64,000 nt of DNA from a virus (IMGVR_UViG_2740891882_000003:13141-77140), one strand, 5' to 3'. Shown: positions 28,633 to 37,448, numbered from the stretch's first letter. Notes: generated by a model from the letters alone, not told the origin. A program made the numbers and translations.

Positions 28633-29274
28633 CTAGTCGATTTCGCCGGTGCCGGAGCACACGGAGCAGGGGACGTTGGTGGCGCCGTGGATACGGCTGT
28701 CGATGCTGTGGCTGCCTTCGCCGTCGCAAGCGACGCAGGGGTTGACGGGTTCGGGCTGGTAGTCGGGGTCGGGGTCGCCGCCAGGCGTGTTCCAGTCCCA
28801 GGCGGCTCCGATGGCGGCGGCTTTCGCTGCGGCGACGGTGTTGGTGGCGGTGCCGGTGATGGCGGCGGCAGCCTTCTTGATCGGCCGCTTCAGGGCGCGT
28901 TTCGCGGCGTTCTTCCGGCGGCGCGCAGCAGGCTTGATGATCTTCTTCCAGTAGACGTCGCGGGCGGCGCGCTTGAGGTCGTCGAGGATGACGTCGGGGT
29001 GGAGCACGCCCTCGAAGGCGACGCCGCCGATAACGATGTGGAAGGTGTCCTCGTCTTCGGCCCGTTGGCGGCCGGTTGAGGCGGCCTGGATCTGCTTGAG
29101 GTCGCCGAGGGTGAGGGGGGTGGCGTCCCAGCTATGGGACTGCCAGCAGTTGCCGCGGACGGGTAGGGCGTCGATCCATCCGGCGCCGTCGAGGGTGAAG
29201 GCTTCGGAGCCGCATTCGGGGCACAGTTCGGGGTGCCCGTTGATCGTCATGGACTGGATCTTCAGGGTGAGCAT
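28633..29274 (-). CDS. Zinc-finger hypothetical protein
   Basis: CPEC; CVACDGEG..CSVCSGTG. Confidence 0.7.
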   Translation of the reverse strand: MLTLKIQSMTINGHPELCPECGSEAFTLDGAGWIDALPVRGNCWQSHSWDATPLTLGDLKQIQAASTGRQRAEDEDTFHIVIGGVAFEGVLHPDVILDDLKRAARDVYWKKIIKPAARRRKNAAKRALKRPIKKAAAAITGTATNTVAAAKAAAIGAAWDWNTPGGDPDPDYQPEPVNPCVACDGEGSHSIDSRIHGATNVPCSVCSGTGEID

Positions 29275-29287
29275 CTCGCCTCCTTTC

Positions 29288-29450
29288 GGTCTGTCTGAGG
29301 TCTGTCACGGGCGGTAAAGCAGCAGGTGGGAGGTCTGCCGCAGGTCTGACACGTCCTACCGTTGGGGTGGCTGCCTTGCTGGCCCTGGCAGACCTGTGTC
29401 AGACCTGCGACCTGCGGTTATCCATGCGGAGGTAGACCTGTGTCAGACCT
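29288..29450. repeat. AGACCT/AGGTCT repeat cluster (clt-like)
   Basis: AGACCTGTGTCAGACCT twice plus inverted AGGTCTG copies right after the FtsK stop. Confidence 0.7.
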
Positions 29451-31555
29451 CAAGGTCGGACATTCCGGGCGGCAGTGATGTCGGTGAGGAGATAGCCGGG
29501 GGTGCGCTCCCCGTCCGGCCCGGTGACCCGCTTGACGTCCAGGTCGACCCCGAGGGCCTCGATCTCGTCCTTCAGGATCTTTCCGACGCGGGTGGTCCAG
29601 CCGCGGTCCGTCTCGCCGTCCTGCCGCCCGTACTTGGCGCTGTTCGTCGCAGCGAGCGCGGCGAACACTTCGGCGTTCGTCGCTCCCCCGCGGTCGGTGG
29701 ATCGGGCGATCGCCTCCAGCCGCTCCAGGAGGGTGACGCGGACGATGCGCCCGTTGCCGCGCTCACCTCCCGCTGCCGACGAGACTCCGGTCCAGGCGAT
29801 CAGCTTCTCCTCGATGGGGTCACGCCACTGGCCAGGAAGGCGGCCAGCCACCTTCCGCAGTTCGTAGGCGTCGGCAATGATCGGCGGCTTGTCATCGTCG
29901 TCGAGGAAGAAGCTGCGCAGGGACACGGTGCCGAGGTCGGGGGACTTGAACCAGAACCGGCCGGGCTGGTTAAGCGGGATGAGCGAGGCGTCGTAGCCCT
30001 GGCCGGCCATGCCGTCGCCGAGGATGGTGTTCGACGCCTGCGGGGATTCGGTGTTCATGGATGCCCGCGAGATGAGGTTCTGCCGCAGACGGGCGGGTAC
30101 GACATCAACCTCGGGTACCTGGGTGGCACACACCAGCAGCACGCCGAGGCTGGCGCCGACGGCGGCGATCTGACACAGGCTCTCGATGATCTCGTCGCGG
30201 AAGGCGCTGGTGAACTTGGCGGTGTAGGTGGCGAGCTCGTCGATGTCGATCAGCTCGATGCCGCCGATCTCTTCGATCAGGTCCTCGGTGAGCTTGGACT
30301 TGCCGCGCTCGTCGAGGAAATCGGCCCTCCGGTCCATGTCCTCCAGGACGGCCCGCAGGAACAGGGCGAGCCGCTCCGGGTTCTTCTTCACGAACGTGGA
30401 CAGGATCCGGGCGGACGCGTTGTGCTCGCCGGATGCCTTGCCGTCGAAGAGGCGCAGGTTGACGCGGACGTCCTTGGCTGCGCCGAGGTTGAGGTTGGCG
30501 ATGAACACGCCCTTGCCGCGGCGGGTCGCGCCACCGACGAGGATCATCGTGTCGCGGACGCGTAGCCACACGGTGTTGCCGCGCTTACCGAAGGCGATGG
30601 GAGCACCCTCGTTCCACAAGTCGAGCGCGCCCTTGTGACCAATGAGTGGGGACAGGTGGGCGCTGGCGAACGGGTCTTCGCTGGCCACCCAGATCTGCAG
30701 CAGCGTCTCCACGTTGCCGACAGACAGGTCGAGCCAGTCGGAGTGCACGCCGAGCGCGGCGGCGATCTGCTGCTTCTTGCCGACGGCCACGGCCGCAGGG
30801 ATGCCGGACGGAGTGTGGACGGCGTAGGCGATGCCGGGGCCTTCCTGGTGGGGGATGCCGACGCCGCGGATTTCCTCGCCGCGCTTCTCCGGGACCGCGC
30901 CGGCTTCGACGAGAACGCGCCGCATCGTCTCCTCACCGAGATGCGAGGTGCGGGTGGGGGCCTGGATCGGAGCCACGGCGGGCTCGTCGGGGCGGCCGTG
31001 CCAGGCGCCGGTGAAGAGAAGGGCCAGGGCGAGGATGAGCTGCACCCACCAGCTGCCCATGGTCACGGCGGCCGTGGTGCCGCCGACGACGATCAGTCCG
31101 CTGATGCCGGTGCGGATCCAGTGCTGCCGCTTGTGGGCCCGGTACTCCGCGCGCAGAACACTACGGAGCGCGCGCGCCTTCGCCTCATCGGCGGCCCGGC
31201 TGGAACCCCGCGGCTGCGCCTTGGCCTCACGGATCATCTGCTTGGCGGTGGCGAGCTGCTGCCGGTAGTCGTCCTGCCGGGCCTCCCACCACCGCAGGCA
31301 CAGCCGCCGGTAGCCGCGCACCGACCAGCCCAGGTAGTACGGCGAGTGCGTGGCGTGGAAGCGGATCGCATCGGCGGTGTTGTCCTTCGCGTACACGACC
31401 CACTGCCGCAGCTGCTCGCCGGACATCATCCAGGCGGGGCGCGGGCGCTTCTCGAACTCGAAGACGCGGGGCGCCGCGGGCTCCTTGGTGAGGGTGGCGG
31501 TCAGCTGCTCCCACTCCGGGTCCGGGGTGTTGCTCGGGGTCGTCTCGATGCTCAC
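29450..31555 (-). CDS. traB: FtsK/SpoIIIE-family DNA translocase, TraB-like
   Basis: Two TMs, GGATRRGKG, FDGK, IDIDELA, ATQVP, ILGDG; GTGA overlap. Confidence 0.8.
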   Translation of the reverse strand: MSIETTPSNTPDPEWEQLTATLTKEPAAPRVFEFEKRPRPAWMMSGEQLRQWVVYAKDNTADAIRFHATHSPYYLGWSVRGYRRLCLRWWEARQDDYRQQLATAKQMIREAKAQPRGSSRAADEAKARALRSVLRAEYRAHKRQHWIRTGISGLIVVGGTTAAVTMGSWWVQLILALALLFTGAWHGRPDEPAVAPIQAPTRTSHLGEETMRRVLVEAGAVPEKRGEEIRGVGIPHQEGPGIAYAVHTPSGIPAAVAVGKKQQIAAALGVHSDWLDLSVGNVETLLQIWVASEDPFASAHLSPLIGHKGALDLWNEGAPIAFGKRGNTVWLRVRDTMILVGGATRRGKGVFIANLNLGAAKDVRVNLRLFDGKASGEHNASARILSTFVKKNPERLALFLRAVLEDMDRRADFLDERGKSKLTEDLIEEIGGIELIDIDELATYTAKFTSAFRDEIIESLCQIAAVGASLGVLLVCATQVPEVDVVPARLRQNLISRASMNTESPQASNTILGDGMAGQGYDASLIPLNQPGRFWFKSPDLGTVSLRSFFLDDDDKPPIIADAYELRKVAGRLPGQWRDPIEEKLIAWTGVSSAAGGERGNGRIVRVTLLERLEAIARSTDRGGATNAEVFAALAATNSAKYGRQDGETDRGWTTRVGKILKDEIEALGVDLDVKRVTGPDGERTPGYLLTDITAARNVRP

Positions 31556-32841
31556 TTCTGGTCCTTCTCGACTGTGCGCTCGATGCGCGCCTGGGTGCGG
31601 GCGAGGGGGCTCGGCGGGGGTGCGTCGCCGGGGCGGCGGACGGGCGGTGTGCCGCCGTTGTTGCGGCGTCCGTCGGGGGCGTCGGGGTCCTTCTTGGCGC
31701 GAGGGGGTCGCTGGGAATTGATCTGCGACAACGAGCCCAGAACGGGGGCGTCGGTGACGGTGCGCATGTGGGCCTGCGCGGCGCGCGACTGGGCTTCGAT
31801 TTCGGCGCGGATTCCGACCGTCTTGCAGCCCGTCACGAGGAGCCACGACTCGGCCCAGATCTGGTCGGTGACGAACCTGGAACCGCGGGCGGAGCGGATC
31901 GCGTCGGCGACCTCCCACACGTCGGGATGCTTCGCCTCACGGTCTGCATCCTTGCGGGCCTGCTCCTCCTCAGCCGCCTTCTCGCGAGCGGCCTTCTCGA
32001 ACGCTGCCTTCTCGTCGGCGGCCGTCTTCTCGACTCGCGCCTTCTCGCGGGCGGCTTCCGCCTGGGTCTTGGCGCGCTCGGCCGCCCGACGCTCGCGGGC
32101 GGACGGGATGCCGTCGGCCTTCTGCGCGATGCCGTGCTCGTAGGCCATCAGCACGATCGGACCGCCCAGCGAGGCGATGGCGCCGATCAGGCCGGCGTTG
32201 AGGCCGATCGCCGGATCCGTCATGCCGCCGTACAGGTTGACACCCGCAGCGATCGCGGCGCCGACCATGATGCCGACACGGTAGGGGCGGACATCACGCC
32301 GGTGGGCGACCGCCCACGCGGCACCAAAGGCGAGGACGAGCGCGAACCCTTCGAGCAGCGCCGGGGCGGCGATGAGGAACTTCCGGGCGGGGTCCCAGAA
32401 GTGCATGAACTGCACCGGCGCGGCGATGATCAGGCCGACCGCGTAAATGCTGCGCGCCCCCCACTTCCACCAGCGTTCCGAGCGCTGCTGCTCCTTGGCG
32501 CGCTGCTTCTCCTGCGCTTCCTGGTCGGCGGCAGCCTTCTCGGTCTTCTCCTCGTCGGCCTTCGACTTGGCGATCTCGGCGGCTTTCTTGGCAAGGTAGG
32601 CGTCGTGATCGACCTGCTTGCGTTCCAGGGCGATGCGGGCCCGCTCGTTGGTGAGGCGCTCCTTCTCGGCCTGTTCGGCGGCCAGGGTGCGGGCGGCGTC
32701 GGCCTCACCCGCAGCCTTGATCTTGATGGCTTCGGCTTCGGCGTCGGCGCGGGTCCGGATCGCCTCCGCCTCGGCCAGGGCGCGCGGATCAAACCCGGGC
32801 GTGTGGCCGTTGAGCTTCTTCTCGACGGATGCGGCGGTCAC
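31552..32841 (-). CDS. SpdB-like multi-TM coiled-coil protein
   Basis: Coiled coil, about 4 TMs, coiled coil; coupled to TraB-like gene. Confidence 0.6.
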   Translation of the reverse strand: MTAASVEKKLNGHTPGFDPRALAEAEAIRTRADAEAEAIKIKAAGEADAARTLAAEQAEKERLTNERARIALERKQVDHDAYLAKKAAEIAKSKADEEKTEKAAADQEAQEKQRAKEQQRSERWWKWGARSIYAVGLIIAAPVQFMHFWDPARKFLIAAPALLEGFALVLAFGAAWAVAHRRDVRPYRVGIMVGAAIAAGVNLYGGMTDPAIGLNAGLIGAIASLGGPIVLMAYEHGIAQKADGIPSARERRAAERAKTQAEAAREKARVEKTAADEKAAFEKAAREKAAEEEQARKDADREAKHPDVWEVADAIRSARGSRFVTDQIWAESWLLVTGCKTVGIRAEIEAQSRAAQAHMRTVTDAPVLGSLSQINSQRPPRAKKDPDAPDGRRNNGGTPPVRRPGDAPPPSPLARTQARIERTVEKDQK

Positions 32842-32863
32842 GGTGGATCAATCCCTTCAGAGT

Positions 32864-33070
32864 TCAGTGGCGGTTGTGCGAGTGGACGGGCCGGCGGCGG
32901 GCGGATGCGATGAGGGCGACGACGGCGGCGAGCAGCAGTACGGCTGGCTGGGCGAGGACGGTGAACGCCCCGGTCGCCGCGATGTTGATCGGGACCGCGG
33001 CGGCAGGCCACAGGCCGACGAGTAGGAGGTAGGCCCCGGCGAGCAGCCAGAGAATCGGGTGACGGCGCAT
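32864..33070 (-). CDS. Small two-TM protein
   Basis: Hydrophobic, RBS GAGAGGG. Confidence 0.65.
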   Translation of the reverse strand: MRRHPILWLLAGAYLLLVGLWPAAAVPINIAATGAFTVLAQPAVLLLAAVVALIASARRRPVHSHNRH

Positions 33071-33166
33071 GACGATCCCTCTCGGGGTTGATCGGATGGG
33101 GTGTGGTGCCGGGTCGGATCTCCAGGGCGGGCGTCCCGCGGGGGACGTCCGCCGAGGGCTACCGGC

Positions 33167-33283
33167 TCAGCGCTCGTCGTCGTCGCTGGTGGGCGGCGTC
33201 GGGAGGGTCATGGGGAAGGTGACGGTGTAGTCGCCGTCGTCCTCGTAGTCGATCTCGCTGCCGGTGTTCGGGTTGGTGGCCAT
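33167..33283 (-). CDS. 38-aa acidic peptide
   Basis: RBS GAGAGGA; MATNPNTGSEIDYEDD. Confidence 0.5.
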   Translation of the reverse strand: MATNPNTGSEIDYEDDGDYTVTFPMTLPTPPTSDDDER

Positions 33284-33314
33284 GTCGGGTTCCTCTCGGG
33301 TCAGGTGGTGCTGG

Positions 33315-33494
33315 TCACCACCAGCTGGATTCCTTCTTGGGTTCGATCATGTGGGGCGGGTGGTTGCCGCCCATGTGGCTCAGGCAGGGCTGGCAGTCCT
33401 GGCCGGGTGCGAGGCTTCGGTGGATGTCGGGGTCGTAGGCGTGGGTCCAGCACTGGCGGCACTGGCCCGGCGGCACCGGCTTACGGAGCGCCAT
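33315..33494 (-). CDS. Small Cys/His protein of Streptomyces plasmid type (pRL2-8-like)
   Basis: CRQCWTHA..IH..DCQPCLSHM; family recalled, not searched. Confidence 0.5.
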   Translation of the reverse strand: MALRKPVPPGQCRQCWTHAYDPDIHRSLAPGQDCQPCLSHMGGNHPPHMIEPKKESSWW

Positions 33495-33646
33495 CAGCGG
33501 GCGTTGGCCTTGTGCTGGTCGCCCATCTGCTGGGCACTGTGACGGCTGTTGGTCACGTAGCCGGTTGCGCCGCACGAGCACCGGTACTGGTAGCCGCGGT
33601 TGCCGCGGCCGGGCCAGACGGAGACACGGTGGCTCTTGCCGAACAT
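33494..33646 (-). CDS. Small zinc-finger-like protein
   Basis: YRCSCG...H; RBS GAGAGGA. Confidence 0.55.
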   Translation of the reverse strand: MFGKSHRVSVWPGRGNRGYQYRCSCGATGYVTNSRHSAQQMGDQHKANAR

Positions 33647-33657
33647 GCGGTGTCCTC

Positions 33658-33840
33658 TCAGCCGGTGATGGTGACGTTGGTGGCGGGCCGGTTCTGCCGG
33701 GCGAGCTCCTTGCCGATGGCGACCTGGGCGTCGCGCTTGCTGACGAACGGGTCGTCGATGGTGGCGGTTTCGGAGATCTCCTCCCGCGTGCCGGTCTTCA
33801 GGTTGGTGACGGTGGCGGTGAACTTGAACGTGCGGCCCAT
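33658..33840 (-). CDS. Hypothetical protein
   Basis: RBS GAGGGAG; MGRTFKFT. Confidence 0.6.
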   Translation of the reverse strand: MGRTFKFTATVTNLKTGTREEISETATIDDPFVSKRDAQVAIGKELARQNRPATNVTITG

Positions 33841-33977
33841 GAGGGCTCCCTCGGATCGGTGGATGAAATCGGTGCTGGTGGTGCTGGGCGCCGCACCGTG
33901 GGTGCGGCGGCCGGCAGAACCAGAGCCGGGATGCTGTGGCACGGGCGGGGGAATCCCGCGCCACGGCAGTCGGGGGG

Positions 33978-34496
33978 TCAGGCGATGGTGTGGATGGGGG
34001 CGCGGCGGGCTTCGCGGACGGGCCCGACAGCGGGATTGAGGTGGGCGGCGAGGCGTTCCAGCTCGCAGGCCTGGGCCTCGCCTTCGTCCCACCGCGCGTG
34101 GTACTGCTCCAGGGCTGGAACCGGGAGCCGGGACAGGGATTCGTCGGTGCGGAACTTTTCGACGCGCCGCACACCCGGCGCCAGCATCTGCGCGGCATGC
34201 ACGAGTTCGTGAATGACGGTCCTGTCGACCTCGGCCGGTTCGTCGAGGTGGGCTTGGGCGTTGACGACAGCGAGGACCCGATCCAGGCCGTACAGGGTGC
34301 AGCCGTACAGGACTGACCCGTGCGCCTCGCCCGCGAGGAGGCGAGTGAAGTAGCTGTCGGTGACGAGGAGTTCCACCCCGCGCAGGCGCACACCGAGTTC
34401 GTTCTCGACGAGGGCGGTGCTCTGCTCGGCGATGGCGCACACCCGGTCCAGGATCGGGCGGCGGGCCGGGCCGACGGCGTAGGTGTTGACCTGCAC
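33978..34496 (-). CDS. Zincin-like metalloprotease
   Basis: TVIHELVHAAQ plus downstream EGEA. Confidence 0.65.
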   Translation of the reverse strand: MQVNTYAVGPARRPILDRVCAIAEQSTALVENELGVRLRGVELLVTDSYFTRLLAGEAHGSVLYGCTLYGLDRVLAVVNAQAHLDEPAEVDRTVIHELVHAAQMLAPGVRRVEKFRTDESLSRLPVPALEQYHARWDEGEAQACELERLAAHLNPAVGPVREARRAPIHTIA

Positions 34497-34546
34497 GGGG
34501 GACTCCTCTCAGGATCGGATCAGGCTGCGGCGGATGAGGTACGGGG

Positions 34547-34726
34547 TCAGGGGGTGAAGCCGCGGTCGACGAAGCGGCGGTGCGATCGGCGGGTGAGGAA
34601 GCGAGCCATCCGCTCGGACCGCGCAGGGCGCTCCGGAGGGGCCAGAGACGCATCGGAGTCGCGCTGCTCGGGCGGGGTGCCGTAGTACGGGCCGAACACG
34701 CGGACGTCGATCCGGTCATCGGCCAT
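34547..34726 (-). CDS. Hypothetical protein
   Basis: Hand translation MADDRIDVRVFG; start overlaps upstream stop. Confidence 0.5.
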   Translation of the reverse strand: MADDRIDVRVFGPYYGTPPEQRDSDASLAPPERPARSERMARFLTRRSHRRFVDRGFTP

Positions 34727-34926
34727 CAGGCCACGTCCCCGAGGGCGGAGCCGTACAGCTCGTCGGTGAGCGACGGGGCGCCCTTGTTGGCCTTGTCGTA
34801 GGCCGCAGCCTCGGCCCGCAGCGCCTCCCGTGTCCGCGAACTACGGGCGGACAGGTAGCGGCGGATCAAACCCTCGCGGTACGCCGCATCGGACGACGGA
34901 GCGGAAGTAATCAAGGTCAGAGACAT
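34726..34926 (-). CDS. Hypothetical protein
   Basis: ORF track, operon context. Confidence 0.55.
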   Translation of the reverse strand: MSLTLITSAPSSDAAYREGLIRRYLSARSSRTREALRAEAAAYDKANKGAPSLTDELYGSALGDVA

Positions 34927-35032
34927 GGGGGTAGCCCTTCAGGATCAGCAAGTGGGTATGGGGGTGGTGCGGGATGGTGTGGCTGCGGGCGGAGACGGGG
35001 GTTGTCGATCCGCCCGCAGCCGGACTAGGGGG

Positions 35033-35185
35033 CTAGCGAGGCCGGGACTCGGAGCGCCGGTTGGCCTCAGCGACCTTGCGGGACAGGGCGTCGTGTCCGG
35101 CGTCGTCCAGGCGGAGGACGAAGCCTGGATGTCCGCCGCGGGGCCGCTGCGGCAGCGCGTCCTTCGTCTTCTCGTGCTCAGCCAC
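35033..35185 (-). CDS. Hypothetical protein
   Basis: Overlap with upstream gene. Confidence 0.45.
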   Translation of the reverse strand: MAEHEKTKDALPQRPRGGHPGFVLRLDDAGHDALSRKVAEANRRSESRPR

Positions 35186-35429
35186 GCTGCTCACCGCCGT
35201 CCACGACCACGAGGAACGCATCCGCGGCGAGATCCATGACGACCTCGGCGGGCAGGCCCTCACGGCGGCGCTCGGCGGCGAATTCCTCCGCCGGCCAACT
35301 ACCACGCGGGGCAGACGCCGGGAACGACTCCAGGACGCGGCGGGACGGCTTGACCGGGCGGGACGTGCGGACCGGGCCCTGCGCCTCGAAGTGCGCGGCG
35401 CGGTCCGCGGGAGACAAGGTGGTCGTCAC
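35178..35429 (-). CDS. Hypothetical protein
   Basis: GTGA overlap. Confidence 0.55.
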   Translation of the reverse strand: MTTTLSPADRAAHFEAQGPVRTSRPVKPSRRVLESFPASAPRGSWPAEEFAAERRREGLPAEVVMDLAADAFLVVVDGGEQRG

Positions 35430-35677
35430 CGGAACCACCGCCGCTTCGGCTTCGGCGGAGCCAGCAGCTCGCAGGCCCGGCTGTGGAAGTCCTCGTGCAG
35501 ACGACCCCAGAACCAGAACAGCTCCGTCGTCGACGACTGCTTCGCCAACTCCAAAGCCTCCACAGCCAAGCGGGCAAACGCCTCAGCCTGCGACTGCGGG
35601 TCAGACGACTCCAGCGCCTCAGCCACCGGAGCGAGGAGCGTGATCGGGAACGTGGGGGTTGCGGCGGTGTCGGTCAT
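35426..35677 (-). CDS. Hypothetical protein
   Basis: RBS GAGGTGG; start overlaps upstream stop. Confidence 0.55.
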   Translation of the reverse strand: MTDTAATPTFPITLLAPVAEALESSDPQSQAEAFARLAVEALELAKQSSTTELFWFWGRLHEDFHSRACELLAPPKPKRRWFR

Positions 35678-35892
35678 CAGGCCACCTCTCGATTCTGGAA
35701 GGTCTCGACGACTGACGCGGGGATGCGGATCGCGCCGCCGCGCACGCTGGCGCCGCAGGTGCAGGCGCGGCCGTATCGGATGGCCTCCAGCTCTCCGCTG
35801 TTGATCCACCGGTAGACGGTGGACGGATGCGTGCGGAGTGCGGTGGCGACCTCCTTGACGGTCAGCACGGGTTCAGCAACGACGGGATCCAC
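35677..35892 (-). CDS. Excisionase-like HTH protein
   Basis: LTVKEVATALRTHPSTVYRWINSGEL..IRIP. Confidence 0.85.
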   Translation of the reverse strand: MDPVVAEPVLTVKEVATALRTHPSTVYRWINSGELEAIRYGRACTCGASVRGGAIRIPASVVETFQNREVA

Positions 35893-35932
35893 GACCCCCT
35901 CCTCTCAGTCGGTGAGGCGAATACGAGGACCG

Positions 35933-35958
35933 TACTGCCTTTCGTGAAAGGTAGCAAG
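35933..35958. promoter_or_regulatory. Palindromic operator candidate
   Basis: TACTGCCTTTCGTGAAAGGTAGCAAG; inverted near-copy at 37421. Confidence 0.65.
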
Positions 35959-36044
35959 CTTCTCCGCACATGACTACTCCCCACCAGGTCACTTACTGTG
36001 AAGAGCGATAAGGTTCCCGAGCTGCGAGCAATGAGGGGTATGTC

Positions 36045-36590
36045 ATGGCGAGTGACGAGTGGGTCAGCGCATCAGCGCCATACGTGGCTCCACGTCACAA
36101 CGGGGCGAGCGACGCATGGACCGAAGAGGCCACCAAGCGCGGCCAAAAAGGCGGCCAGAAACTTACGTTCGCTGGCGAGATATCAGCCCCAGCAGCAGTA
36201 GCGGATGCCTTCGGGCTCAACGAAGGCGACTCCACGATCGTGCGGCGGCGCGTCATCACGCTGGACGACGAGCCGATCGAACTGACGGACACGTACTACC
36301 CGGTCGCCATCGCGGCGGGAACCCCGCTCGCCGAGCCTCGCAAGATCAAGGGGGGCGCCGTCACTCTCCTCGCCCAACTCGGCCACAGCCCGGACCGGAT
36401 CCATGAAGACGTGAGCGCCCGTATGCCGAGCCAGGGCGAGCGAGACGCCTTGCGCCTGAGCAGTCGAGACCCAGTTCTCATACTGCGCCGCGTCACCACC
36501 GACACGGAGGGAGACCCCATTCAGGTCGACCTCATGACCATGCCCGCCAGAGGGCGGCACCTCAACTACGAAATGCAGGTGAATCGATGA
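36045..36590 (+). CDS. UTRA-domain protein lacking HTH
   Basis: PIELTDTYYP, KIKGG, EDVSARMP; aligns by eye with the C-terminus of the next gene. Confidence 0.8.
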   Translation: MASDEWVSASAPYVAPRHNGASDAWTEEATKRGQKGGQKLTFAGEISAPAAVADAFGLNEGDSTIVRRRVITLDDEPIELTDTYYPVAIAAGTPLAEPRKIKGGAVTLLAQLGHSPDRIHEDVSARMPSQGERDALRLSSRDPVLILRRVTTDTEGDPIQVDLMTMPARGRHLNYEMQVNR

Positions 36591-37354
36591 CCCCTAAGGC
36601 GGCACCGGGAAGCCCCGACAGGCGCCCACTGCACGAGCGGATCGCGGCCGACCTCCGCGAGCAGATCATGTCCGGCGACATCGAGCCGGACGGCGACCTG
36701 CCATCGACCGAGCAACTGAAGGCTCGGTTCGACGCGTCAGGAGCCACCGTGCAGAAAGCGCTCGGCCTCCTTAAGGATGAGGGTCTTGCAATCGGCCGCG
36801 CTGGAGCGTCAGTCAAGGTGCGCGCGCACCGCCGCCAGGTCATGCACCCTGCCGCATACTCGGCACCGGCTGCCCCTGGCGAGACGTACCGATGGATCTC
36901 CGAGGCAGAGAACCGCGGGCAAGCCGGTAGGAGCACCCTCCGGGAGGTAGTCGAGGTCATCCCGCCGGCCGACGTGCGAACTGCGCTGGGGCTGATCGAG
37001 GGCGAGAAGGCTCTGCTTCGCGAGCAGGTTCTATTCCTCGACGATGAGCCGTGCGAGCTGGTGAAGTCGTACTACCCGCTGGAGTTGGCGCGCGGTACGG
37101 CGATGATGCACAAGAAGAAGATCCGCGGCGGCACACCGGCACTGCTCGCCGAGGCCGGGTACCTGCCGCGCCGAACCGTTGACAAGGTGTCGGCATGCAT
37201 TGCAACGCAGGAGCAGTACGAGGCCCTACAGCTGCCGACCGATCTGCCGATCCTCCGGACCTTCCGCATCGTGCTCAGCGACGACGACCGGGTAATCGAG
37301 GTGACCGAGATGGCGAAGGCGGGGCACCTCTACGAGCTGCAGTACGAGTACTGA
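36587..37354 (+). CDS. GntR/HutC-family repressor (KorSA-like)
   Basis: IAADLREQIMSG..LPSTEQL..TVQKALGLLKDEG plus UTRA. Confidence 0.9.
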   Translation: MTPKAAPGSPDRRPLHERIAADLREQIMSGDIEPDGDLPSTEQLKARFDASGATVQKALGLLKDEGLAIGRAGASVKVRAHRRQVMHPAAYSAPAAPGETYRWISEAENRGQAGRSTLREVVEVIPPADVRTALGLIEGEKALLREQVLFLDDEPCELVKSYYPLELARGTAMMHKKKIRGGTPALLAEAGYLPRRTVDKVSACIATQEQYEALQLPTDLPILRTFRIVLSDDDRVIEVTEMAKAGHLYELQYEY

Positions 37355-37367
37355 GCAGCCCCGGGAC

Positions 37368-37398
37368 AGCCCCCGACGGTGATGGTCGGGGGCTTTTT
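37368..37398 (+). terminator. Intrinsic terminator
   Basis: AGCCCCCGAC / GTCGGGGGCT followed by TTTT. Confidence 0.85.
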
Positions 37399-37420
37399 GG
37401 TGGCCACTTCAGTCGAGCAC

Positions 37421-37448
37421 CTTGCTACCTTTCGCGAATGGTTGCTAG
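37421..37448. promoter_or_regulatory. Second operator copy
   Basis: CTTGCTACCTTTCGCGAATGGTTGCTAG. Confidence 0.6.

Noticed and set aside
29450-31918. Long N-terminal extensions in track ORFs (e.g. 822-aa FtsK, 428-aa initiator)
   Set aside because: They overlap upstream genes; RBS and start/stop coupling support the shorter starts used
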